Shown one piece after another: positions 47,323 through 57,400 of a stretch of 64,000 bases of DNA (its first letter is position 1; each line of letters opens with the position of its first letter). Location: positions 1-64,000 of the IMG/VR virus record IMGVR_UViG_3300021373_002801. The stretch is one strand, 5' to 3'. Below the pieces are notes generated by a model. It searched no databases and was not told where the DNA came from. It saw only the letters and a program-made list of their open reading frames with translations. A program made the position numbers and the translations under genes. Origin of the DNA: a virus.

Positions 47323-49009
47323 AATTATTCATAGAGTAGTTGTTCAGGGTGCACCAGGACGTAAAAAGATAATCGACGGTGTTAACATACTTGCAAATGC
47401 AGTTAAGGTAACACTTGGACCTAAAGGTAGAAACGTAATTTGTCAAAGAACGTTTGGTCCGCCTCATGTAACAAAGGATGGAGTTACTGTTGCGAAAGAA
47501 ATTTGGTTAAAAGACAAACTTGAAGATACTGGTGTTCGTATGATTAAGCAGGCGGCTACACAAACATTCCAAGATATTGGTGATGGAACAACTACAGCAA
47601 CACTGTTAGCCCAAAAAATGATCAACGAGGGCAATAAATTTTTAACAGCAGGTATCAGTGGCATTAATTTAAAAAGAGGTATGGATATAGCTGTAGAAGC
47701 AGTGATGAAAGAACTTAAAGCTGATGCAAAAGTTTGTAAAGATAGAGCATCAACTGAAGCTGTTGCAACCATTGCAACCAACAATGATCCTAAGTTAGGT
47801 AAACTAATTACAGATGCTCTTGGCGGCGACAACGCAACACACGAAGCACTGGTATCAGTTGAGCCAGGTATGAATTATTATGATGAGCTTGTTAATGTTA
47901 ACGGATTTCAATACGAACACGGATACCTATCTCCACAATTTGTTAATGCAGATAAACAAAAATGTATTTTAGAAAATCCGCTAATTTTAATTTGTGACAG
48001 ACCAATTTTAAATATGAATGATGTTTTACCTATACTAGAAAAACTAGTAGAAACTAAACGTCCATTTTTAATTATGGCCGAAGAAGTAGAGCAAGACGTG
48101 CTTGCTACATTGGTAATAAACAACTTAAACGGATCTATACAATGTTGTGCGGTTAAACCACCAGATTGGAAAGGCAAGATGCGTACAAAATACTGCGAAG
48201 ATATTGCTGTACTGACAGGCGGAACTGTAATTTCTGATCAAACAGGTAGAAAAGTAGAAAGTGCCGAATTAGAAGATTGCGGAGTAGCAAATAGAATAGA
48301 GATTACCGATAGTCAGGTAACTATTATTGGCGGCCACGGCGACAAAGACACTATTGCAAAATATATAGATGAAAAAATTAAACACTATATTGGTGCTCCT
48401 AGAGGAGATGACGTTTTTACTGACAAAGGCCAAGAAAAACGTATTAGTAACCTAACCGGTGCTGTGAGTATTATTAGAGTTGGATCAGCAACAAAAATTG
48501 AACTGCGCGAAAAAGAAGACAGAATTGATGATGCTCTTCATGCTACAAAAGCGGCTCTAAAAGATGGTATTGTACCAGGTGGCGGAGTTGCATTAATACG
48601 TGCGATGAACAAAGTGAAAGATCTTAAAGGTGCAAATTCAGAACAGGATGCAGGTATACAAGTTGTTCTCAAAGCGTTACAAGAGCCGTTAAGGCAAATT
48701 GTTATAAATGCAGGTGATAGTCCCGATGTTGTTGCAAATGAAGTAAACAAAGGTGATGCTGAATTTGGTTACGATGCATCTACAGGCGAATACGGAAATA
48801 TGTTTAATATCGGTATTATTGATCCTATTACTGTTGTACAAAAAGCTCTTATGAATGCTGCAAGTATTGCAGGATTACTGCTAATGACAGATTGCGCTAT
48901 ATACGAAGACAACGATGAAGATGATATAACTGTCCTTGGCCCTTCGCCTAGTGCAGGTGAAAAAGTATTGCCGCCCCAATACGACCAAGGTAACGGTGAT
49001 ACATACTAA
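47315..49009 (+). CDS. groEL: Chaperonin GroEL (Cpn60), phage-encoded
   Basis: AVKVTLGPKGRNV, TKDGVTVAKEI, GDGTTTAT, DDALHATKAA, GIVPGGG, GIIDP. Confidence 0.95.
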   Translation: MSKIIHRVVVQGAPGRKKIIDGVNILANAVKVTLGPKGRNVICQRTFGPPHVTKDGVTVAKEIWLKDKLEDTGVRMIKQAATQTFQDIGDGTTTATLLAQKMINEGNKFLTAGISGINLKRGMDIAVEAVMKELKADAKVCKDRASTEAVATIATNNDPKLGKLITDALGGDNATHEALVSVEPGMNYYDELVNVNGFQYEHGYLSPQFVNADKQKCILENPLILICDRPILNMNDVLPILEKLVETKRPFLIMAEEVEQDVLATLVINNLNGSIQCCAVKPPDWKGKMRTKYCEDIAVLTGGTVISDQTGRKVESAELEDCGVANRIEITDSQVTIIGGHGDKDTIAKYIDEKIKHYIGAPRGDDVFTDKGQEKRISNLTGAVSIIRVGSATKIELREKEDRIDDALHATKAALKDGIVPGGGVALIRAMNKVKDLKGANSEQDAGIQVVLKALQEPLRQIVINAGDSPDVVANEVNKGDAEFGYDASTGEYGNMFNIGIIDPITVVQKALMNAASIAGLLLMTDCAIYEDNDEDDITVLGPSPSAGEKVLPPQYDQGNGDTY

Positions 49010-49017
49010 AGAACTTT

Positions 49018-49054
49018 GTCCTTCACAATATCGATAAATAGTATTGTGAAGGAC
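49018..49054 (+). promoter_or_regulatory. 13-bp hairpin masking the RBS, with a late promoter core in its loop
   Basis: GTCCTTCACAATA (49018-30) / TATTGTGAAGGAC (49042-54); the loop holds GATAAATA (49033-40) and the 3' arm holds the SD AAGGA. Confidence 0.75.
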
Positions 49055-49061
49055 TTATAAT

Positions 49062-50348
49062 ATGGCATCAAACCAAGCACCAATAGTAGACAGAATTAGA
49101 ATTATACCACGTCCCGACGACTTTCTTGATAGAAACGTTGGAAATAGTGGCGAAGTATTTTTTGATAAACAGTCTAATACATTAAGATTATATTCTGGTA
49201 ATTTAGCAGGTGGATATAGTGTACTAACTGATAAAAATATTAGTGAACACATACTTTCTTCTGGTGTAGGTGTAGTTGAATATGTTGTTACTGTTCAATC
49301 AGGTGATCACGGAGAAGGCGATCACGGAAATGTTTATAACATTGATGGCCAATATAAACCCCAACTAAATTTAGTCACAGGTTTTACATATGTCTTTAAT
49401 CAAAACGATCAAACAAACGAATTTTGGCCTAATGCACAAGGTGGTGTTGCAAATCCGCATCCTTTAAGTTTTTCAGCAGATGATGTAAACGGAGAACTGG
49501 GAGTTGGTACAACTTATCTAACAAATGTAATTTACAAATTAGAAAATGATATTGTTACAAAAGCACAATATGTAGCAGGATTTGCAAAAAGTACCCAACG
49601 CAGCGTACAAATAACAATTACAAGTGCTACACCTGCCACTTTACATTATTATTGTACGAACCATGCGGGTATGGGTAACACTTTAAATAGTGCTGATCCA
49701 GGCGCAGGTGGTTCAGCTGCAAGTATTAGTGTAAGTGATACATCACCTGATAATCCTGCTAGTGGTGCAATTTGGTATAATAGTACAAATGGTATACTTT
49801 ATGTCTATGTAGCAGATGGCGATAGCAATCAATGGGTACAACCCACAGCACCTTTCCAAAATATTACTGCAATAACAGATTTAGGAATTGCAGATGGAAC
49901 TAATGGTCAAGTATTGACTACAGACGGAAGCGGAGCATTTACATTTCAGGATCCTGCTACAGGTGATTCTAACGGCAATTTTACAATAGGTAATAGTATT
50001 ATTGATACAGACGATAGTAGTGGAATAACAATAACTCCTCCAGTAACTACATCATCAGACTTAACTGTAGAGAATGATTTAAGTGTACGTAACACTGCAT
50101 ATGCAAATAATTTTGTATCTACATCAAATGGTACGCCTACAATAGATAGTGCTACTGTAATAAATTTATCTAGTCAAGATGGAACTGTTGTTAGTGGAGG
50201 TCCATTTAGGTTACCTAGTTATACAAACTCTCAGAGAGATGCGTTATCGGCTGTCAACGGCGATATGATATACAACACCCAAGACAATAAAATCCAAGCA
50301 TATATAAATGGAACATGGCGTAGATTAGACGATTCAGGAATAGTCTAA
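49062..50348 (+). CDS. Virion protein with a cupredoxin-like motif and fibre segments
   Basis: HP...LHYYCTNHAGMG; 'G.IWYNS..G.LYVY..D....QWV'; 'GQVLTTDGSG'; 'GDMIYNT'. Confidence 0.7.
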   Translation: MASNQAPIVDRIRIIPRPDDFLDRNVGNSGEVFFDKQSNTLRLYSGNLAGGYSVLTDKNISEHILSSGVGVVEYVVTVQSGDHGEGDHGNVYNIDGQYKPQLNLVTGFTYVFNQNDQTNEFWPNAQGGVANPHPLSFSADDVNGELGVGTTYLTNVIYKLENDIVTKAQYVAGFAKSTQRSVQITITSATPATLHYYCTNHAGMGNTLNSADPGAGGSAASISVSDTSPDNPASGAIWYNSTNGILYVYVADGDSNQWVQPTAPFQNITAITDLGIADGTNGQVLTTDGSGAFTFQDPATGDSNGNFTIGNSIIDTDDSSGITITPPVTTSSDLTVENDLSVRNTAYANNFVSTSNGTPTIDSATVINLSSQDGTVVSGGPFRLPSYTNSQRDALSAVNGDMIYNTQDNKIQAYINGTWRRLDDSGIV

Positions 50349-50349
50349 C

Positions 50350-53300
50350 ATGGAAAAAGAATACACAGTAGTTGTACATAAAGGTGTAAATTTAGTAGAA
50401 TTAGAATCTGAAATTACAGCAAGTTCAGGTGCCGGACCTATTCCAAATAGGAGTGTCGATATAGCTAATCCAAGACCTGGATCAAAAAGACAAACACATT
50501 TTATGCTTACAGACGAAGAAGCAACTGCTCTTGAAGCGGATAGTAGGGTGCTTGCTGTTGAAATTCCTCCCGACCAACGAACAGATATCCAAATAGGATT
50601 AAATTCAACACAATTAGGTAATTTTACAAAACCTGTAACATTTGATAATAACACTTATATTAATTGGGGGTTGCGTAGAAGTATAATGGAACTTAATAGT
50701 TACGGAAGCGGAATAACAGCAGATAATACATTTCCTTATGCACTCACAGGTAAGGGCGTAGACATAGTTATTCAAGATAGCGGTATACAACCAGACCATC
50801 CTGATTTTATAGATAGCAATGGCATTAGCAGAGTCAAACCAATAGACTGGTATACAGCACAATCAGTTGTAAGTGGGACACAGAGTTCAAATTATAATAG
50901 AGATTTTGACGGACACGGAACTTTGTGTGCAAGTATTACAGCAGGAAATATATACGGATTTGCTAAAGATGCACATCTATACTCTATGAAAATTGCAGGT
51001 TTAGAAGGTCCTGGAGATGCAGGATCAGGAACTCCTGTAGCCGATTGTTTTGATGTTATAAAAGAATGGCATAATGCTAAAACAAATGGCCGTCCAACTG
51101 TTGTTAATATGAGTTGGGGATATTCTAGCTCAGTAACTGGTGACCCAACAAGCGGAACATACCAAGGATCACCTTGGGTATGGGGAGTTGACTACACAAC
51201 TGATCTTTCTTTATGGCAAAATACTGGTATTGTTATTCCTGTAGCAGGAGATACTCGTAGAATACCTGTAAGAATAGCATCAGTAGATGCAGATGTCGAC
51301 GAATTGATTGCAGCCGGAGTACATGTTGCGATTGCTGCCGGAAATGATTATTACAAAGGCGATGTATCGGGCGGTGATGATTATGATAACACTGTAATAT
51401 TTGGTGCTAGTACTTTATTTTATGCTAGAGGTTCTAGTCCACACAGTGATGATTGTTTTATGGTTGGAAATATAGATACTACTGTGTTTGATGAAAACGG
51501 AGTATACAAAGACAGAACTAGAGGTAGTAGTTCTAAAGGTCCTAGAGTAAATATTTGGGCACCTGGAACCAACATTGTAGGAGCAACAAGCACTACAAAT
51601 ATTTACACAACCCTAGATAGTCCAATAGATGATACATTTAAAATTGTTAGCAATTCAGGTACAAGTTTTGCTGCACCACAAGTAGCAGGAGTAGCTGCAC
51701 TTCATTTACAAGTAAATGCAAACAGCACACCAGCACAACTAAAAACAAAATTATTAGCCGAAGCTAAACCAGTAATGTACGATACTGCATCAGACACAGA
51801 TTATGCTGCTTTTACTACAAGTTTATTAGGGGCATCAAACAAAGTGTTATTCGACAAGTACGGTAGACAGCCTGTAGAAGTAAACGGAGCAAATCTTAAA
51901 TTAGAGGGAATTTTTCCTAACTATACTTCAGCTGCACCTGCAATAGATCCAGAATATAACAACGGTGCAATTATTGATCTTACTGGCGATGGTAGCGATT
52001 TCTTTAGTAGAGAAGTTACAGTTAATGGTGTAAGAATTGTGGCGGCAGGAACTGTCGGCGGCCAAACAGCAGTGCCTGATGCCTTTGTTGAAAAGGTAGC
52101 ACGTATGTTTGAATTGTTTACAGATCCAAATGGTGCAGGCATTAACGAAACATCACAGCGTACATTTATTAAAACGCTAAGTGGTGACGCAGGAACTTAT
52201 CACGCAGCAGTTGGCCCAACGTTACAACGAGTAGCAAGAGGTGCTGGTGCTGATTACACACCAAACTTCTTAACTGATGCAGGTATTGCTTCTTATAACT
52301 TGTCACCACTATTTGATAGTCACGTTGCCAACGATATGGTTTGGTATCTAAACTCAACTGGTGATGCCCCTGGAGACGGCGACAATGATGCACAAGAAGT
52401 AATTGAACACGTATTTCATACATTACATATGCACGGTCTTGACGCAGTATCATTAAAGATGTATCCATATATTAGTGCAGACTGGGCAAGTGGTCCATTA
52501 TATGCGGCTATGGAAGAAGCATACGATGCAGGCAAATGGGATTCATCAGGATATGGCGGAAACGCTTGGAAGACTGATGGAGATGCATTTGAAGTAGCAG
52601 CTAAAGAATATTTGTTTTTGTTAAACTTTGGTATGTTTGAATACTCAAGTCTATGGGATGGTGGAAGTCTTAGTCCTGAATGGACAGACGATATGCGTAC
52701 ACAATCCGGCATACAAGCAAATAACCCATTAGGCTATGCATTACACAATACATATATTGCTCCTGTTATTAGTAAGCCTTCGTTGACAACAATTAGAACT
52801 ATATTCCAAGACGGTGACGTAGGCGATCCTACACTAGCAGGTGCATCAGGATATGTAGTAGACACAGGTGCAAGTAATGTTGTTGTTCAAGAAAATACAA
52901 CATTAGAACAAAATCTAACAGTAAACGGTAATACTAATTTACAAGGTACTACAATTAATGGTACACTAACGCACAGTGGCAATCGTGTACAAACAGGCAA
53001 TGTTGCACTAACAGGTTCACTAACAGCAGGACTACTAACGCTTTCAAGACCTCTACAGGTTGGTGATATTAAAATTAGTGGAAATGTAGTTGAAACTGTG
53101 GTTTCTAATTCTAATTTAGATTTACGTGCAAGCGGCACTGGATTAGTTAAATTACAAGAAGCAGTAGATATACAAAATGATCTAAGTGTGCGTAATTTTA
53201 ATGTTGACAGTATATCTGTTGCCAACAGTGTTGACTTAGAAATAATTGAACTTAGTACTGATGTACAATTTGAAGATAACACTATTACTACTACAAATTC

Positions 53301-54261
53301 TAACAGTAATCTAGAACTTAGGGCTGCTGGTACTGGAAGCGTTTACTTACAAAATATAGAAATAACACAAGACAGTATTAGCACTAGGACACCAATTGAC
53401 AGTACAGCATCTAGTATTACACTAGCACCAACAGAAAATTTAATAGTTAATTCAACTGCGTCACTACAAGTTCCAAGAGGCACTACACTACAACGAGTTG
53501 TTTCTCAAGATACATTCTTAGATGGCGGGGCAGCAATAAACAGCGCAAGTATACTAGACGGTGGTAATGCTTCTACAGTATTTGGTGCAAGTGATACCAT
53601 TTACAATTCAGGTGGCGCAGTACTAACTACATCTGGAAACATAGGCGATATTAGATTTAATACCAGCGATAGCGTATTTGAAGCTACTGGAGCAACTAGT
53701 ACAATCTCACTAGGCGGAGTTTACTCAGCAGATAGACAAACTAGTATTACTGCTGATCCTACATCAAATACTATTAGATTTATTGTTAACGGTTCGTCAA
53801 ATCCACTAGATAGTTCAAGTTTAGTAGGGGAAGTTACAGGCGAAGGTCTTACAATACACGGGTTACAAACTGATGATATACTATTAGATAACAATGTTAT
53901 TAGCACAACAGTTTCTAATTCAAATTTAGATTTAGCAGCAAACGGTACTGGAAAATTAGTATTAGACGATTTGTCATTTAACAGTAACTTTATACAAGAT
54001 AATGGCAATAATCTTATAGTTAAACATACTAATTTTGGTCACGCAAAAATATCAGGAACTTATGGTGTTGTAGTTCCAAACGGAACTACTGTAGTGCCGT
54101 CACCTGCGCCACAGCTCGGTGATACTAGATGGAACACTACTTCTAACTTGTTAGAGACTTGGGACGGTGCAACTTATGTAACTTCCGCAGGTGTTGCCGC
54201 AGCAATTACGGCTGAAGAATTTGATGATCTCCTCTTAGAATTCACTCTAATATTTGGGTAA
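50350..54261 (+). CDS. Subtilase (S8) / putative metal-binding domain / fibre fusion protein
   Basis: Catalytic triad VIQDSG (D 50776), GHGT (H 50914), SGTSFAAPQVAG (S 51664); central EHVFHTLH; C-terminal third homologous to the 4528 C-terminus. Confidence 0.85.
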   Translation: MEKEYTVVVHKGVNLVELESEITASSGAGPIPNRSVDIANPRPGSKRQTHFMLTDEEATALEADSRVLAVEIPPDQRTDIQIGLNSTQLGNFTKPVTFDNNTYINWGLRRSIMELNSYGSGITADNTFPYALTGKGVDIVIQDSGIQPDHPDFIDSNGISRVKPIDWYTAQSVVSGTQSSNYNRDFDGHGTLCASITAGNIYGFAKDAHLYSMKIAGLEGPGDAGSGTPVADCFDVIKEWHNAKTNGRPTVVNMSWGYSSSVTGDPTSGTYQGSPWVWGVDYTTDLSLWQNTGIVIPVAGDTRRIPVRIASVDADVDELIAAGVHVAIAAGNDYYKGDVSGGDDYDNTVIFGASTLFYARGSSPHSDDCFMVGNIDTTVFDENGVYKDRTRGSSSKGPRVNIWAPGTNIVGATSTTNIYTTLDSPIDDTFKIVSNSGTSFAAPQVAGVAALHLQVNANSTPAQLKTKLLAEAKPVMYDTASDTDYAAFTTSLLGASNKVLFDKYGRQPVEVNGANLKLEGIFPNYTSAAPAIDPEYNNGAIIDLTGDGSDFFSREVTVNGVRIVAAGTVGGQTAVPDAFVEKVARMFELFTDPNGAGINETSQRTFIKTLSGDAGTYHAAVGPTLQRVARGAGADYTPNFLTDAGIASYNLSPLFDSHVANDMVWYLNSTGDAPGDGDNDAQEVIEHVFHTLHMHGLDAVSLKMYPYISADWASGPLYAAMEEAYDAGKWDSSGYGGNAWKTDGDAFEVAAKEYLFLLNFGMFEYSSLWDGGSLSPEWTDDMRTQSGIQANNPLGYALHNTYIAPVISKPSLTTIRTIFQDGDVGDPTLAGASGYVVDTGASNVVVQENTTLEQNLTVNGNTNLQGTTINGTLTHSGNRVQTGNVALTGSLTAGLLTLSRPLQVGDIKISGNVVETVVSNSNLDLRASGTGLVKLQEAVDIQNDLSVRNFNVDSISVANSVDLEIIELSTDVQFEDNTITTTNSNSNLELRAAGTGSVYLQNIEITQDSISTRTPIDSTASSITLAPTENLIVNSTASLQVPRGTTLQRVVSQDTFLDGGAAINSASILDGGNASTVFGASDTIYNSGGAVLTTSGNIGDIRFNTSDSVFEATGATSTISLGGVYSADRQTSITADPTSNTIRFIVNGSSNPLDSSSLVGEVTGEGLTIHGLQTDDILLDNNVISTTVSNSNLDLAANGTGKLVLDDLSFNSNFIQDNGNNLIVKHTNFGHAKISGTYGVVVPNGTTVVPSPAPQLGDTRWNTTSNLLETWDGATYVTSAGVAAAITAEEFDDLLLEFTLIFG

Positions 54262-54274
54262 TATACCCCTTTTT
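54256..54274 (+). terminator. Weak terminator candidate
   Basis: GGGTA-ATA-TACCC followed by CTTTTT. Confidence 0.35.
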
Positions 54275-54283
54275 CACATAATC

Positions 54284-54291
54284 GATAAATA
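54284..54291 (+). promoter_or_regulatory. Late promoter core (GATAAATA)
   Basis: Followed by CTATTAA, exactly as at 8131. Confidence 0.75.
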
Positions 54292-54298
54292 CTATTAA

Positions 54299-54422
54299 TG
54301 CAACGCAGACCAGTATCATTCTATGTTTGATATGCTGAGCAGGACGAACTGTGGTTATCCGGCAAAGAGCGCAAGCTGAAAATTTGGGTAGAGGGACAGG
54401 ATCCCCGTATTGAGGAGTACAG
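54299..54422 (+). ncRNA. Conserved structured 5' leader, copy 2
   Basis: Homologous to 8146-8256; TATCCG/TGGGTA stem, AGC-GCAA-GCT GNRA hairpin, GGGA/TCCC. Confidence 0.65.
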
Positions 54423-57400
54423 ATGAGCGCACTTGGTCGTATTAGCGGTCCGCTCTTAAAGTCAAATCTTATCCGTAATGGAATAGATCTGGCGTTTGAG
54501 ACAGATCTGCTGTATTTAGATGTAAACAACCAGCGAATTGGTGTTAAAACCACGAATCCTCAATACGAGTTAGATGTCACAGGTACAACACGTACAACAA
54601 ATTTAATAGTAACTAATAGAGCAGATATTGGAGATGTAAATATCCAAAATAACACCATCTGGAGTGATGGTCAATATCTTAACTTAGGTACTTTGGATAA
54701 CGTTATATACCAAAATAAATTACGTGTAGATGATATTGATATTGAAGGCAATGTTATCAGCACAAACACTTCTAATAGCAATTTAGAACTTCGTCCTAAC
54801 GGCACTGGTACTGTAGAAGTACTATCAGATATGAATGTGTCCGGAAACATCCACGCAACTGGAAATATAAGTGCGGACGGCAATATTACACTAGGTGATG
54901 CCGATACTGATAACGTAACTTTTAATGCTGAAATTGCTAGTAATATTATTCCAGATCAAGATAGAACATATTCACTTGGTACAGCTGGAACAGAATATGC
55001 ATCAGGAACCGATTATACAATTGGCGATGCTACAATAGTAATATCAAGTGGAACTGGAACACTAAGTGTTCCGGCTGCTGGCGTTGCTTGGATTGACGAT
55101 GTTACGTCTGAAACAACAGGATATTATTATCTAATAACAATAGAAGCACAAATTGGTACTAGGTATGCTGCAACTACTACAGCAAATTGGACAGGGTCAA
55201 ACCCGCAAACAGTTACAGTTAATATTCCCGGCGCACCAGACGGAACATACAATGTAGTACAAATAAACAAAGATGCTAAACGTTGGGATGATATTTGGGT
55301 TAAGAACATTAGAACTGACGGTATTAATACTGGAACTATTGTTGTTGACGGAATCAACTTAACACTGCGTCAAGGAAATATTTATTACGTTAGTGAAAAT
55401 GGTGACGACACTAACTACGGTGATCACCCCCAAGACCCATTTGCATCATTATCATATGCACTAAGTGTTGCAGCAATAGATATAGGAAACGGAGAACTTC
55501 CTCCTACTATTCATATTACTCCGGGTGTGTACACAGAAACATTTCCATTAACAGTTCCAGCAGGAGTTACAGTTAAAGGTGAAAATTTAAGAAGTGTAAA
55601 AATTGTACCTACAACTGAAACACGATACAACGATGCATTTTTGTTAAATGGTGAAACTACTGTAGAAGATGTCACAGTTGCAGATTTTTATAGTGGCGGA
55701 GTATTTACTAACGCACTTAGCGGCGGAATAGGCGACACACTAGTTAATGTTGGAACAGCACCATTTGCTCACACATATGTAAGCGGTGGAACAATTGAAA
55801 TTGCCGGCACAGAATATAATATTTCTAATGCAATATACATACACCAAAACGGAATACTAGAAATATTCCACTCAGGACCTGGTGCAACTATTGGCGATCC
55901 AGTTTTTATTAAAGGTCTCGTATTTAGTTGCAACGGCGGCACAAGAACATTCCCTGACAACGGATATGCTTTCCGCTTTGCAACAGATTTTCAAGTAACA
56001 AGTCGTAGTCCATACATTAAAAATGTATCTGTAATTACAAAAGGTAGTACTGTTACAGCAGATGATCCTAGAGGATTTTTATCAGGAGACGCTGGTAAAG
56101 GGGCATATGTTGATGGAGCATATGCAACAGCAGCATCACGAGAAGCAGCAATGCTATTCCATAGTGCAACATTTATTACACCAGGTGTCGATGCATTAAC
56201 AGCAACCAACGGTGCTAGAATAGAATGGTTAAACTCGTTTACATATTTTGCTAATAGAGGACTATATGCATTTGATAGTAACGATGGGTTAAAAGGCGCT
56301 GGTAAGACACGTATTAGATTAAGTGGACTTTCAGGAACTGCACCAGCAGCAAGTCAAACAGTAACATTTACATCAACCGACAGTTCAACTGTAGTTGGAC
56401 CTTTAACAATTGAAAGTGTTGAAGGTGGTGACATTCTTATAGTTGATGGTAAAGATACAGACCTAATAGGCTTTGATACAACGCCGGCTAGTATTACATT
56501 TAGTGGCGGCGGAACTGCTACAAAAATCGAAAATGTTGACGTAAAAGACTTCGGTGCTGAAATACGTATGATCGGTAGTGCCAGTGTTTACGGTAACTTT
56601 GGACTAGTAGGCGACGGAGAAGGTGTACTAGTATATGCTATTGGACATAACCTAGCATACATTGGTAATGGTAAAGAAGTTACTAACGAACCTAGTTCAG
56701 TTATACAAGCAAATGAAGTTGTAGAAACAAATGGAGCTCAAATACGTTTTAACTCAGTTGACCACAAAGGCGATTTTAGAGTTGGTGACTTATTTTATGT
56801 TAACCAAGAAACTGGTAGTGCAGCATTTAGTGTAAGTGACTTTATTATTAATACTAGTAACGGAGTCTCATTTAATACCGGAAGCGATACTACATTTGTT
56901 GACGGTACAAAAGTCGAAACAGGCGATTGGAGATTCAGTGGCAACACTGTTGAAACACTAACACAAGATGCTAATTTTGCAGCGGCAAGCGGTACAATTA
57001 ATTTACAAGATAATACAAATATTACAGGTGACTTAGATGTTACAGGTAATGTAACTATCGGCGGCAACATTACTATAGGTGATGAAGCAACTGATACTAT
57101 ACAATTTGTAGCAGGAATAGATAGTGACATTGTTCCAAGATTAGATAGCACATACAGTTTGGGTACTGCATCAAAAACTTGGAGTAACTTATATGCTAAT
57201 CAAGTTAACGTAGATGACATACAAATTCGTGACAACTATATCACAACTACTGTTTCAAACAGTGATTTAGAATTACGTGCAAGCGGAACTGGCGAAGTAC
57301 GTGTACCCAGCAACGATGTACAAATTGACAACGATCTAACTGTTGACGGAACTGTAACCCTTGCTAATACAAGTATCACAGGTACACTAACACTAACTGG

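Noticed and set aside
47014-49009. Bacterial contamination or chimeric assembly at groESL
   Set aside because: It is preceded by a phage late promoter, flanked tightly by phage genes, and the GroEL is atypical for bacteria.
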